From assembly GCA_031257475.1 (NCBI GenBank), contig JAIROP010000026.1, positions 39,482 to 103,481 of the forward strand: a stretch of DNA of 64,000 nucleotides, given 5' to 3'. Position numbers and translations under genes: made by a program. The first letter of the stretch is position 1, and each line of letters opens with the position of its first letter. A model generated the notes under the pieces. It saw only the letters and a program-made list of their open reading frames with translations, was not told the DNA's origin and made no database searches. This document shows, one piece after another, positions 36,851 to 47,390 of this stretch. Source of the DNA: Holosporaceae bacterium. Its GTDB lineage: Bacteria > Pseudomonadota > Alphaproteobacteria > UBA3830.

Positions 36851-39208
36851 CTATTCTCCTATCACCATAATCGGCACATCCTGCAAAAATGGCTTGAACA
36901 ATATTTTCACGTTGGCAGCACGAACCAAATCCTGCAAATTTCCATCGGCTTGGGCATCAGATAGGACAAGACAGCGACTTCTTGGGAGACGACTTTGGAG
37001 AATCAGCATCAATCTGTCCATTGTACCATCTCCGGGCTCCTGTTCACTCAGAAGAAAAATTTTTTCCTTTTCGAGGAAAGATTCCACAAAATCACTGGCA
37101 TCGCTGCTTTTGGAAAAAAACTTTAGGGTAGGTCGAGGGGTAAAACTGCCCAGTCGTTTCTCCAAAATCCTAAAAACCTCCGGATTATTGTCCAAAACCA
37201 CTATCACGTCGTCAGACGTAAATATCAGCTCTTTCGCAACTTCTTCGGAACAATCCACCAACGGAAATTTCAGCAAAAATGTAGTTCCGTCATTCCCGGA
37301 AGACTCCACATCCAGGGTTCCTCCATAGGAGTCGACTGTTGCAAGGATTTGGCCAAGACCAAGCCCTGCTCCTTCATGTTTCGTGCTGCCAAAAACATTG
37401 GAACGAGCCAAAATTTTTTCGAAAATTTTATTAGGGAGGCCGCTTCCACTGTCTTTTACAGTAACTTTTGCCCAGTTATCACCAACATCTAGGAACACAT
37501 CCACTGTGCCCTGACTTCCTCCACAGGCTTCCACCGCATTGTTTATTAGATTCGAGAACATGCGCTCGAAATTGGAGCGATCCCCCTTGATAAAGGCATA
37601 TCTGGCGGCCGGACTGAATGAATAGTTAAATTTAATTAATGTCTTTTGATACTCATACTTCTTATTCTCCAGCGCATCACGGAGAAGCAGAGATATAAGG
37701 ATAAGCTCTGGTTGAGACTCGATTGCTTTTCTTCTGTCCTCCATGCATTTTTTTCGCAGTGCTTCGAAAATGCTTCTTATACAACTTGTCACGTTTTTAA
37801 GAAGTGTACTGTGATTATCCAAAGAATCCGTCGATTTTACCAGACATTCGAGAGTCAACAGGGGTGAAGTTATATCATGCAAGACCTGGGCGGAAAATTC
37901 CCGAAATTCCTTCTGCTCCTCTATTCTCACTTTTTGCATTTTATTGCGAAGACGTAGACTCTCCGCGTTCTTCCGATCGCTTATGTCCACAGATACCCCA
38001 AGCAATCCAACCACTTTTCCAAAGCTATCTACCAGTGGACTTTTCTGTGATAGATAGGTTCTAAAACCATTGTACATAGACGCTCTCTCCTCACCGAAGT
38101 AGGACTTTCCTCTCTCAAGCACCTGCTTATTAATACTTGTGTGTTTTTTTGCTTCCTCAGCAGATAGCAAATCGGAAACCGCCTTTCCCACTATCTCATC
38201 CCTGGAACTTAATCCCAGATGCCTCGCCTGAAGATCATTACATCCTAAATAGACGTTCTTTTTGCTGAGCCAATATACATGCCCAGGCAGTTTCCCGATT
38301 ATATTGTACAGAAGCTCTTTCTCTGCTCTCTCATTCATCAGTAACTTCGACCAATCATCTTTGGTGAGACTTTGCTTCGCCTGAATTAACTGACCAACCG
38401 CTTCCTCGTTGTCAATATAATAGCCGACGTTGGTTTTATTTTTGTATTCTATCAAAAAATCGGCAGTACTAGCAAAAGTCCTGTGCTCAAAATATGGGAA
38501 GAGAAGTCTCGTAGAATCACGGAGATATTCAAACGTCGAAAACAATATGTTGGTGGAATCTGTGACATTTCCCACGTGTATGATGTATACCGGTTTGTTC
38601 GGATGCAGCAGTGGTATGGTTAAAATCCAAGCATTTTCCTCAATTAGGTATAAAAGCCCGTTCTCTCTGTTGGTTTTGCGTTTTACGGAGTAATTGTCAG
38701 CACTCTCCTCGTAGGCCTTCGCAAACAGCGCATCATTCTGAATACGCTCCTCCAAAAGTTTTCGGCAGGAGGAAAAATGCGGATTTCCTACGCACTGTTG
38801 CCAATTTTTCTTCGTAAAATCAGGCAAATCCGGTTTGCAACGCTCTATCCACTCTGTCTGCTCATCTTCTCCTTTAATAATGGCTTTCTCCAGATCCTCT
38901 AGGGAAGATTTATGGTAAATCCTAGACAAGTAATTGTAGCGACTCAAATACCCCGTGCGCACTTCGTACTTTTCGCAGGTAGCCAAATCAAATCTCTTGG
39001 GAATTAAATCAACTGTAGATTGTATTTTACTCCTGTCGTCCGGGTTTTTGGTATGGCTTTCCCAAAAGTATACCACAGCATTTTTTATTGGATTCTGCAA
39101 CGGAAGATTTTTAAAAGAAGCTACAGTTGCTTCAATATCCATTATCATCTCTTCCTCACTGCTTTTCTCCTTTGGAAACCCAGCTAGTTTACACAGCAAT
39201 ACTCCCAT
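36851..39208 (-). CDS. Cytoplasmic hybrid-type sensor histidine kinase (unknown N-domain, PAS, HisKA, HATPase, degenerate receiver)
   Basis: PAS-like LPGHVYWLSKKNVYLGCNDLQARHLGL. H-box VLHDITSPLLTL. N/G boxes NLINNAVEA, DSGSGLP, GAGLGLG. The C-terminal REC-like fold has LLSEQEPGDG where the phospho-Asp context is expected. No TM segments. GGAGG RBS. Confidence 0.8.
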   Translation of the reverse strand: MGVLLCKLAGFPKEKSSEEEMIMDIEATVASFKNLPLQNPIKNAVVYFWESHTKNPDDRSKIQSTVDLIPKRFDLATCEKYEVRTGYLSRYNYLSRIYHKSSLEDLEKAIIKGEDEQTEWIERCKPDLPDFTKKNWQQCVGNPHFSSCRKLLEERIQNDALFAKAYEESADNYSVKRKTNRENGLLYLIEENAWILTIPLLHPNKPVYIIHVGNVTDSTNILFSTFEYLRDSTRLLFPYFEHRTFASTADFLIEYKNKTNVGYYIDNEEAVGQLIQAKQSLTKDDWSKLLMNERAEKELLYNIIGKLPGHVYWLSKKNVYLGCNDLQARHLGLSSRDEIVGKAVSDLLSAEEAKKHTSINKQVLERGKSYFGEERASMYNGFRTYLSQKSPLVDSFGKVVGLLGVSVDISDRKNAESLRLRNKMQKVRIEEQKEFREFSAQVLHDITSPLLTLECLVKSTDSLDNHSTLLKNVTSCIRSIFEALRKKCMEDRRKAIESQPELILISLLLRDALENKKYEYQKTLIKFNYSFSPAARYAFIKGDRSNFERMFSNLINNAVEACGGSQGTVDVFLDVGDNWAKVTVKDSGSGLPNKIFEKILARSNVFGSTKHEGAGLGLGQILATVDSYGGTLDVESSGNDGTTFLLKFPLVDCSEEVAKELIFTSDDVIVVLDNNPEVFRILEKRLGSFTPRPTLKFFSKSSDASDFVESFLEKEKIFLLSEQEPGDGTMDRLMLILQSRLPRSRCLVLSDAQADGNLQDLVRAANVKILFKPFLQDVPIMVIGE

Positions 39209-39387
39209 TATAAATCCTCCAGATTGTAATTTTCAATGAACCATTTTTAAATTTTTGCACCACAGACTAGGTGGTACTGAGAACAGACCAATCAATGATT
39301 CCAGGAAGTAATACTTCTACAACTGGTCTATTGTCAAGATTTCAGGCATCATGTTATAAGTTTTCATTAAAACTATGTTGGATTTAC

Positions 39388-40527
39388 ATGGCCCAATCTA
39401 AATATTTGAGCAATCTGGAGCCCTGGCAGGATTCCAAGGCACAGCCCTACGTCTCCATAAAGAATTTCACCAAGACGTTTGGAGGTCTAGTTGCAGTAAA
39501 CAATGTATCGCTTTCCATATACAGAGGGGAGCTGTTTTCACTACTGGGCAGATCAGGCTGCGGCAAGACAACCTTGCTGAGAATGCTGGCAGGATTTGAT
39601 ACACCAACGTCTGGAAAAGTTTTTATCGATGGTATAGACATGACTGACACCCCTGCCTATAAACGACCTGTCAGCATGGTGTTTCAGTCGTACGCCCTGT
39701 TTCCCCACATGACGGTGGAGCAGAACGTGGCCTTTGGGCTTATTCAGGACAGAGTGCCCAAAAACGAAATCAGAGACAGAGTGGATGCTTACCTCGAGCT
39801 GGTTCAGATGAGTGGATACGAACGTCGGAAGCCAGATCAGCTCTCTGGAGGAGAAAGGCAGAGAGTCGCACTTGCCAGAAGTCTTGTAAAACAACCAAAG
39901 TTGGTGCTGCTGGATGAGCCGCTGGCCGCCCTTGATAAAAAACTACGGGAACGCACGCAACTGGAGTTGGTGAATATCCAAGAAAAGGTCGGAGTCACTT
40001 TTATAATGGTTTCCCATGATCAGGAAGAGGCCATGACTATGTCGTCTCGCATCGGATTGATGAATGAAGGGCGTATTTTGCAGGTTGGGCCGCCAACGGA
40101 GATATACGAGTATCCCAATTCCAAATATGTGGCCAATTTCCTTGGATCAGTGAATCTTTTTGATGGGATAATCGTGGAGGAGGAGTCAGATCACGTTGTT
40201 GTAAAATCCACGGCAATGGAAAAGAATTTGTATGTCAGCCATTCGTCATCTGTACCTGTGGGAGCACAGATTAGTGTCGCCATACGTCCAGAAAAAGTTA
40301 TGCTGACGGATTCTCGCCCCACGGGTGAGCACAACTGGACCAGTGGAGTTGTGAAGGACATAGTGTACCTCGGTGATGTGTCTATTTACCATGTAAAACT
40401 GAGATCCGGTACCACAATATTCGCGACTGTGGCAAATTTGGTGCGAGCTGCAGAACGTCCTATCCAATGGGAGGATGAGGTTTTTCTGTACTGGCGGCCT
40501 GAAAATGGAATTATCCTGGCAATCTAA
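39388..40527 (+). CDS. potA: Polyamine-type ABC transporter ATP-binding protein (PotA-like), no adjacent permease genes
   Basis: Walker A GRSGCGKTT, LSGGERQRVALARSL, Walker B LVLLDEP, and a C-terminal TOBE-like domain. Start set at MAQSKYL. Confidence 0.82.
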   Translation: MAQSKYLSNLEPWQDSKAQPYVSIKNFTKTFGGLVAVNNVSLSIYRGELFSLLGRSGCGKTTLLRMLAGFDTPTSGKVFIDGIDMTDTPAYKRPVSMVFQSYALFPHMTVEQNVAFGLIQDRVPKNEIRDRVDAYLELVQMSGYERRKPDQLSGGERQRVALARSLVKQPKLVLLDEPLAALDKKLRERTQLELVNIQEKVGVTFIMVSHDQEEAMTMSSRIGLMNEGRILQVGPPTEIYEYPNSKYVANFLGSVNLFDGIIVEEESDHVVVKSTAMEKNLYVSHSSSVPVGAQISVAIRPEKVMLTDSRPTGEHNWTSGVVKDIVYLGDVSIYHVKLRSGTTIFATVANLVRAAERPIQWEDEVFLYWRPENGIILAI

Positions 40528-40547
40528 AGGCTGTTTGTAAACAGTCC

Positions 40548-40691
40548 CTAGTTTGTTGGACTGGCATATCCAAACTCTATTTGCCGCACCACTTCCCTGG
40601 GAGTCGCTGGAATACCGATGAATAATGCAGTAACAGCGGCTATCAGCATCACAGATCCACATATCCCTAGAAATATAAAAAAACTCCTCAT
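40548..40691 (-). CDS. Candidate 47-aa small membrane protein
   Basis: Below the ORF-track cutoff and read by hand: MRSFFIFLGICGSVMLIAAVTALFIGIPATPREVVRQIEFGYASPTN. GAGG lies about 9 nt upstream of the ATG. It sits in a 326-bp gap. Confidence 0.35.
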   Translation of the reverse strand: MRSFFIFLGICGSVMLIAAVTALFIGIPATPREVVRQIEFGYASPTN

Positions 40692-40853
40692 AATCATTTA
40701 CCTCATCCATAAACTATACTAGACTCTAGACTGTCATTATAGTTTGGTGGATTCAAAATACCACATGTGCAGTTGCGGATCGCGGTTTGTTTCAATCACA
40801 GATGCTGTTAAGAGTGGGGAGCGGGTATCTGGCGGGTTCTGGGTACGCGGTTA

Positions 40854-42140
40854 ATGGTGTATTTTCTTTTTTTCATGGGAATGTTCTGCCTGATCGCCAT
40901 GGCTGGATTTATTTCTGGATCGGAAACTGCGGTAACCAAGGCGTCGCAGGCCTATCTGTTCCATCTGGCTAAAAAAGGAGATAAAAGAGCCAGGAGGGTT
41001 ATCGCGCTCCAGGAAAACCTGTCTACTTCGATAAGTACGATGCTGATTTTAAATCAAATAGTTCTGTACCTGATCCCAATAAGTAGTACCATTTTCTCCA
41101 TAAAGTATCTTTCCGCCGCCGAAGCTGCTGTTCTGCAAACAGCTTTGGCTTTGCTAACCATCATATACGCAGAAATTTTTCCCAAAATGTTAGTGATACG
41201 CTTCACTATTCCGTTTTCTCTTTTTGTTGGACCTATTTTAGCCCGTGCCGTCATGACCCTAAAGCCGCTGACGACGATACTTGAATGGTGTGCGAAATTC
41301 ACTCTAAAAATACTGAGAATACCAGTTCCGTATAATGATCCGGCAGAACAGGCCGATGAGGAACTCCGTGGAACAATAGAGATGCGCACATCAGAGGGAG
41401 ATAAGGAAGAAGAGCAAAAAAAAAGCATGCTGAAAAGTATTTTGGATCTTGATAAAATTCCGGTGAGTCATACGATGATTCATAGAAGACATCTCAAAAC
41501 CATCGACATATCCCTGCCGATTGGTAAGATTGCAGATGATTTGAGCTCCTGTAATTTTTCTCGAGTTCCCATGTGGAAGGATAATCCGGAAAATATTATA
41601 GGAGTATTGAAAACAAAGACTTTTTTCCGGGCTCTGCAGGTTCAGCAGGGGAATATGGAAAATATAAAAATTAATCAGCTGATGTCCTCCCCCTGGTTTA
41701 TCCCAGACACGAAGCATTTATTGGATCAGCTACAGGATTTTCGCAAAAAGAGAGAGCATTTTGCTTTGGTCGTTGATGAGTACGGAGATCTGCAGGGCTG
41801 CATAACCCTTGAGGATATTCTTGAGGAAATAGTGGGGGAAATCGTAGATGAATACGACACGATTCCCCTGGGCGTGGCTCTGCAAGAGGACGGAACGGTT
41901 ATTGCAGAGGGAAGCACTCCCATAAGGGATCTAAACCGGGAATTTGACTGGAACCTGCCCGAGGATGACGTGGCCACCATTGCTGGATTGATCATACAGG
42001 AAGTGCGGAAAATACCCGACGAAGGTCAGATTTATGTGCTGGAGGGGTTCAAGATCGAAATATTGAAAAGGCAGAGAAATCAAATAGGGCTGGTTAGAAT
42101 ATCTCCGTCCATGCAGGTGCCAATGTTCGAGAGCCTATAG
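40854..42140 (+). CDS. HlyC/CorC (CNNM) family transporter: DUF21, CBS pair, CorC_HlyC
   Basis: N-terminal 4-TM DUF21 with GSETAV. CBS pair region. C-terminal IAGLIIQEVRKIPDEGQ ... FKIEILKRQRNQI. Confidence 0.85.
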   Translation: MVYFLFFMGMFCLIAMAGFISGSETAVTKASQAYLFHLAKKGDKRARRVIALQENLSTSISTMLILNQIVLYLIPISSTIFSIKYLSAAEAAVLQTALALLTIIYAEIFPKMLVIRFTIPFSLFVGPILARAVMTLKPLTTILEWCAKFTLKILRIPVPYNDPAEQADEELRGTIEMRTSEGDKEEEQKKSMLKSILDLDKIPVSHTMIHRRHLKTIDISLPIGKIADDLSSCNFSRVPMWKDNPENIIGVLKTKTFFRALQVQQGNMENIKINQLMSSPWFIPDTKHLLDQLQDFRKKREHFALVVDEYGDLQGCITLEDILEEIVGEIVDEYDTIPLGVALQEDGTVIAEGSTPIRDLNREFDWNLPEDDVATIAGLIIQEVRKIPDEGQIYVLEGFKIEILKRQRNQIGLVRISPSMQVPMFESL

Positions 42141-42509
42141 CGATCCTGAGACATTATCTCGTGCTTTCAGTAATGAATTAATTCGAAGAGCGCAGTCGAA
42201 GGAATCGTCCAGGAAAAAGGATAAATCTGGCACAAACTTCAGCCGAAGCGAGGATCCAATATGATAACGTAGCTGCGATGAATGAGACCTTAGGAATATC
42301 AGGCAGTCCTCACCACCAATATCAGGAGACAGCGGCGCCACATAGACCTTTGCGTGCTGCAAACAGGGACTGATGGTAACTGCCGTAATGGACAAAAGCG
42401 CCGGATCCACACTGCTCCTCATAAAAGGATCGCTCAGCAGGTATTCAGACAGCACCCTTCTTACCTCTTCGGCAACCCTCTGGGATCTGTTGCAATTTTT
42501 CCTTCTCAT
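42135..42509 (-). CDS. rbfA: Ribosome-binding factor A
   Basis: RSQRVAEEVRRVLSEYL N-terminus. It is the last gene of the rimP-nusA-infB-rbfA order. Confidence 0.85.
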   Translation of the reverse strand: MRRKNCNRSQRVAEEVRRVLSEYLLSDPFMRSSVDPALLSITAVTISPCLQHAKVYVAPLSPDIGGEDCLIFLRSHSSQLRYHIGSSLRLKFVPDLSFFLDDSFDCALRINSLLKARDNVSGSL

Positions 42510-42524
42510 TCAATCTGTTCCTAC

Positions 42525-44972
42525 TTACAGCTGGCGGGCCACTGCTTCCTGCTCAAAACACTCTATTGTATCTCCTGGATGTATGTCGTTGTAATTCTCC
42601 AGACTGATGCCGCACTCAAATCCGTACTTAACCTCTTTAACGTCATCTTTGCTTCGCCGCAGAGATTTTATTTCTCCTGTGTGTACCACCACCCCATCTC
42701 TGATCAATCTCGCTTTAGCGCCTCTTCTAACTAGACCATCCAAAACCATACAACCGGCAATTCTGCCAAACTTGGGTATGTCAAAAATTTTTCGCACCTC
42801 TGCAGAACCAAAGATATTTTCCTTGATATCCGGCGTTAACAACCCAGAAAGCACCGACTTCACGTCATCCAGCAGATCGTAGATTATCGAATAATATTTG
42901 ACCTGAATACGATCTCGGGTAATTTGATCCCGAGCCTGCATATTGGCACGCACATTAAATCCAAGAATCATTGCCTGAGACGCTCGAGCCAGAGATACAT
43001 CGTTTTCTGTAATTTCTCCGATACCAGAGTGTATGATCTTGACCGTTACTTCACTGGTGGAAAGTCTCTGTAGACTTGTGCATATAGCCTCGGAGGATCC
43101 CTGTACACCCGCTTTCACAATCACAGCCAGACATCTCTGTCTTTGCTCTTCCTGAATCTGAGAAAACATCTGCTCGGCAGACGACGGATGGGAAGAAATA
43201 ACCCAGGCCTGCTCCCTTTTTTTGCGATCACGATAGCCAGCAACTTCCCGGGCTCTTGTTTCATTTTCGACAACCACAAAATCATCTCCAGGAATGGTGG
43301 AGCCATTAAAACCAACAATTTCTCCCGGCGTTCCGGGAGTTAATTCATCGATAATTTCTCCCCGATGATTGCTGATCACACGAACTTTACCAAAGACCGT
43401 TCCAGAAACAAAAATGTCTCCCACATGCAATGTTCCCTTATTGATGAGAATCGTAGCCACAGGACCGAGACCTTTTTCCACCTTTGATTCTATAACAATT
43501 CCCTCGGCTTCTCTGTCAGGATTGGCTCTGAGATCCAACATTTCAGCCTGAAGCAGAATCATCTCTTCCAATTTTTGCAAGTTCTTGCCTGTTTTGGCGG
43601 AAATTTCCACATCCATTATGTCTCCCCCATACGATTCCACAACAACCTCGTGGTTTAGGAGAGATTTTCTCACATTATTCGGATTGGCTCCGTGCTTATC
43701 AATTTTGTTTATGGCCAATATCATCGGTGCAGAGGCGGCTTTAGCATGATTTATTGCCTCCACGGTCTGATCTTTCACACCATCGTCGGCGGCAACAACA
43801 AGCACAACAATATCTGTCACGTTTGCACCACGAGACCTCATTTCAGTAAAAGCAGCATGACCCGGAGTATCTATGAATGTAATTTTTCGACCGTCGTTCG
43901 TCGAAACCTGATATGCTCCGATACCCTGAGTAATTCCCCCGGCCTCACTTTGAGCGACGTCAGTATTTCTCAGCGCATCAATCAGAGACGTTTTCCCGTG
44001 ATCCACGTGTCCCATGATCGTCACTACCGGAGGTCGTCGTAGCAATGCTCCTTCGTCGTCTTCACGCCGCAAACCAATCTCGATATCACTGTCGCTTACC
44101 CGTCTTGCTTTGTGTCCAAATTCCATCACAATAAGTTCGGCCGTATCTGCATCAATTATCTGATTTGCTGTGGCCATGACGCCCAGTCTCATCAGCGTCT
44201 TCACAACGTCTCCGGTCCGTACTGCCATGCGACTAGACAGATCCTGTACACTGATCACTTCCGGTAGAATCACCTCTTTGACGACCCTATTTTCCTCCTG
44301 ACTACCGGGGACAGATTTACTCTTCTGCTTCGCCCTTTTTAGGGACGCCAGGGATCGACTCCGAGTTTCGTCTTCACCATTCAACGCGTTATAAATAGAG
44401 ATCTTTCCAGAACCTTGGCTATAATGCTTCCGGAGTTCCTTAATTCCTTTTTTGACGACCGGAATTTTTTTGGATGACGCCGTTGACTGATAATCCTCCT
44501 TTTCGGCATCCACAGTTTTGGAGTGAAAAAACTGCTGCTTGCCATGGGGCGCATGTACCTGTCTCGAGGGCACATCAACCGTGGGTTCCTCTGGGACTAA
44601 CTCTTCCTGAATCGTCTCTGTTGCCTCTTTCTGCTCCTGTAGGCGAGCCAACACACGCCTTTCCTGTTCCTTCGCCTGCCTAACTTCCTCCCAACCTTTG
44701 CTTTCTTTTATCGCATCTTTCACTACCTTCAGCCGCGTTTCCATTTCTATATCGGTTAGTCCACCTTTTCCCTCTATCCGTGCCGCAGAGGCTGATGATT
44801 TGACACCGAACGATCGACTACCGGATAGACGCTTTTTTTTTATTTCTACGACAGCCACGACTTTCGTTTTTCCATGGGAAAAACTCTGTCTCACTTTCCC
44901 ATCAAATGGACCTGATTTTCTTAAGCCAGGCGGGCAAGACAAGCTAAGCGTCCCCTTTTTTTGCTCTGCCAT
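42525..44972 (-). CDS. infB: Translation initiation factor IF-2
   Basis: G domain VVTIMGHVDHGKTSLIDAL, DTPGH, NKID. 815 aa. Confidence 0.97.
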   Translation of the reverse strand: MAEQKKGTLSLSCPPGLRKSGPFDGKVRQSFSHGKTKVVAVVEIKKKRLSGSRSFGVKSSASAARIEGKGGLTDIEMETRLKVVKDAIKESKGWEEVRQAKEQERRVLARLQEQKEATETIQEELVPEEPTVDVPSRQVHAPHGKQQFFHSKTVDAEKEDYQSTASSKKIPVVKKGIKELRKHYSQGSGKISIYNALNGEDETRSRSLASLKRAKQKSKSVPGSQEENRVVKEVILPEVISVQDLSSRMAVRTGDVVKTLMRLGVMATANQIIDADTAELIVMEFGHKARRVSDSDIEIGLRREDDEGALLRRPPVVTIMGHVDHGKTSLIDALRNTDVAQSEAGGITQGIGAYQVSTNDGRKITFIDTPGHAAFTEMRSRGANVTDIVVLVVAADDGVKDQTVEAINHAKAASAPMILAINKIDKHGANPNNVRKSLLNHEVVVESYGGDIMDVEISAKTGKNLQKLEEMILLQAEMLDLRANPDREAEGIVIESKVEKGLGPVATILINKGTLHVGDIFVSGTVFGKVRVISNHRGEIIDELTPGTPGEIVGFNGSTIPGDDFVVVENETRAREVAGYRDRKKREQAWVISSHPSSAEQMFSQIQEEQRQRCLAVIVKAGVQGSSEAICTSLQRLSTSEVTVKIIHSGIGEITENDVSLARASQAMILGFNVRANMQARDQITRDRIQVKYYSIIYDLLDDVKSVLSGLLTPDIKENIFGSAEVRKIFDIPKFGRIAGCMVLDGLVRRGAKARLIRDGVVVHTGEIKSLRRSKDDVKEVKYGFECGISLENYNDIHPGDTIECFEQEAVARQL

Positions 44973-44990
44973 AAAAGCCTTCTCCTGCCA

Positions 44991-46499
44991 CTAGGTAAAC
45001 CAATGTTCACGACACTTCATGATAACTGTGTCTGCGTATTCTCTCTGGAGATTCGGTAGTAGAGACAGGAGTTCATCTGTGCTCTGATCCGCCAAATCGT
45101 CCAACGTCTTTATTCCATGCTCGGCCAATACCAATAAATCAGCACTGGAGAGTATCCCAAAACCTATTATCCTGTCATCCACTTTCATTTTCTTTAACTG
45201 CAGCAAATTTTCTGCATTTTTTTTCGTCAGATAGTCCTTGGTGCGGGATATTAGCTCCTCGGCAAGGCTTTCATCAAATCCCTCTATGGATGCCAGCTCT
45301 TCGGTTGTCTCATTTCCCAGCTCCTCTACGCTGGTAAACCCCTCTGCCACCAGAAGATGCGCAATGACATCGTCACAGTCAAGAGCATCCATGAAGGCCC
45401 GAGACCTCGCATGATACTCCTGATTATTTTTTTCCAAAGCTTCTGATTCAGAGACCACCGTGACTCCCCAACCGATAAGCTGAGAAGCCAAACGAACATT
45501 CTGCCCCCGCCTTCCTATGGCCAAACTTAGTTGACTATCCTGAGCCATCACCTCGAATTTCCTGTTTTCCTCGTCAACAACGACTCGGGAAACCTCTGCC
45601 GGGGCAAGGGCATTTACGGCAAACGTCGCTGGATCATCTGACCATAGAACAATGTCGATCTTCTCTCCCTGCAGTTCTCGAATTATGGATTGTACACGAC
45701 TTCCCCGTACGCCAACGCAGGCTCCGATGGGATCAATGTTGCTATCCGATGTATATACCGCAATTTTGGCTCGACTCCCCGGATCCCGGGCCACTGCCTT
45801 TATTTCAATCACTCCATCGTATATCTCAGGCACTTCCTGCAAAAACAACTTCGCCAAAAACTGTGGATGGGTACGAGATAGAAACACCTGCGGTCCCTTG
45901 GTCTCTGCAGAAACGTCTGCAATGTAGGCCCTTACTCGATCTCCTACACGAAAATTCTCCCTGGGAATGAGCTGATCTCTCCGAATCATAGCCTCACTGT
46001 GTCCAACATCCAACGTAACAGAGTTATATTCTGCTCGTTTCACAACTCCACTGATTATTTCTCCAACACGATCCTTGAATTCTTTGTATTGCTTTTCCCG
46101 CTCCGCATCCCGAATTTTTTGCAAAATTATCTGGCGACCTACCTGGGCCGAGACCCTACCGAAGCTTACTGGAGGTAATTTTGTGATAAACACATGGCCT
46201 GGTTCCACTTTCTCGTCTATCTTTCTTGCTTCCTCCAACGGCATTTCAGTAATCTCGTTTTCCACAACCTCTCTCACTGTGATGCATTTGAATATGGTTA
46301 CCTCTCCGCTTTTTCTCGCAATGCTTACTCGAATATCGTGCTCATTTCCGTATCTTACTCTGGCTGCCTTCTGAATGGCACTTTCCATCGCCTCCAGAAC
46401 TCTTTCTCTTTCTAGACCTTTCTCCCTAGCTACGGCATCGGAGATCTGTAATAACTCCGGACCGTAGAAACGAGAATCTGTCCATAGCTCAGTTGACAT
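44991..46499 (-). CDS. nusA: Transcription termination/antitermination factor NusA
   Basis: S1 and two KH domains (GACVGVRGSRVQSI, AIGRRGQNVRLASQL) plus a C-terminal acidic repeat. Confidence 0.96.
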   Translation of the reverse strand: MSTELWTDSRFYGPELLQISDAVAREKGLERERVLEAMESAIQKAARVRYGNEHDIRVSIARKSGEVTIFKCITVREVVENEITEMPLEEARKIDEKVEPGHVFITKLPPVSFGRVSAQVGRQIILQKIRDAEREKQYKEFKDRVGEIISGVVKRAEYNSVTLDVGHSEAMIRRDQLIPRENFRVGDRVRAYIADVSAETKGPQVFLSRTHPQFLAKLFLQEVPEIYDGVIEIKAVARDPGSRAKIAVYTSDSNIDPIGACVGVRGSRVQSIIRELQGEKIDIVLWSDDPATFAVNALAPAEVSRVVVDEENRKFEVMAQDSQLSLAIGRRGQNVRLASQLIGWGVTVVSESEALEKNNQEYHARSRAFMDALDCDDVIAHLLVAEGFTSVEELGNETTEELASIEGFDESLAEELISRTKDYLTKKNAENLLQLKKMKVDDRIIGFGILSSADLLVLAEHGIKTLDDLADQSTDELLSLLPNLQREYADTVIMKCREHWFT

Positions 46500-46528
46500 T
46501 CTTCAAATCCCTTTTCAGCTCCCCACAG

Positions 46529-47005
46529 CTAAAATCTCTTTACGCTTGCCTTCTTTATATTGCTGTACAATACTCCGATTTCGACGAGACCAGTATCGCA
46601 TTCTTCTCTCAAATAGACAACTATGTTCTGTAAATTTTGTTCCACCCTGAGCAGTTTCCCATGGAATTTACGTCTGCCGCTGATTAGACCAATCGTCTCC
46701 ACTTTTGCGTATCTGCCGCAAAAACGCTCGAAATCACTGATTTTTTTCAGGGGCCGATTTTCGCCAGGCGAGCTTACCTCTAGCGTATAGGATCCCTCAA
46801 TAAAATCTTCAACATCTAATATTACGGAAATCAAATGATTTGCATTGGTGCAATCCTCCAGAGTGACAGGACCACTGTCCAGTCGGTCAATATCCACTGT
46901 TACCTGCGGATTTTTCCCTCCAACGATTCTCGTCCGCACAACCTCATAACCCCGATATTCCAGAGATGGACCAATTTTCGCCTCAATTTTCTCCGTCAAT
47001 TTCAA
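46529..47005 (-). CDS. rimP: Ribosome maturation factor RimP
   Basis: Position upstream of nusA. LEVSSPGENRPL motif. Confidence 0.88.
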   Translation of the reverse strand: MKLTEKIEAKIGPSLEYRGYEVVRTRIVGGKNPQVTVDIDRLDSGPVTLEDCTNANHLISVILDVEDFIEGSYTLEVSSPGENRPLKKISDFERFCGRYAKVETIGLISGRRKFHGKLLRVEQNLQNIVVYLREECDTGLVEIGVLYSNIKKASVKRF

Positions 47006-47390
47006 TACATTTCCCCTTTTTTGTCTTGACTGGGGTGGACTGTTGACTAATCCTCTCCGTTCTCTTTACAATACATTGTTTACACAAAGGACATTCAATC
47101 GTCGGATCTCTCACATTTCTGATTGGTGCAATAAATGAGTCATGCATTTTGTGGAAGAACAATGTGTCTCCCAGTCTCCGCGCGGACTACCAAAAAATAA
47201 ATAATAACAACATGGAGACAACTGGGACGAGTGTCGAGGGCAGGAACTGCCCAACGACTCCCTGTTCACTCCTTATCAACTCCGGTACTCCCCATTAATT
47301 CCATTAATTGCATAGACCGACCACCGGATTCCTGTAAGCCATACTCTGGTCCGCTACGGTCTGTATGCTCAGAGGTCGGGAAGTCATTGC

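Noticed and set aside
40246-40710. 154-aa minus-strand ORF spanning the potA 3' end and the downstream gap.
   Set aside because: About 280 nt of it overlaps potA antisense. A different frame in the gap gives a more plausible SD-preceded 47-aa membrane sORF, reported separately at low confidence.
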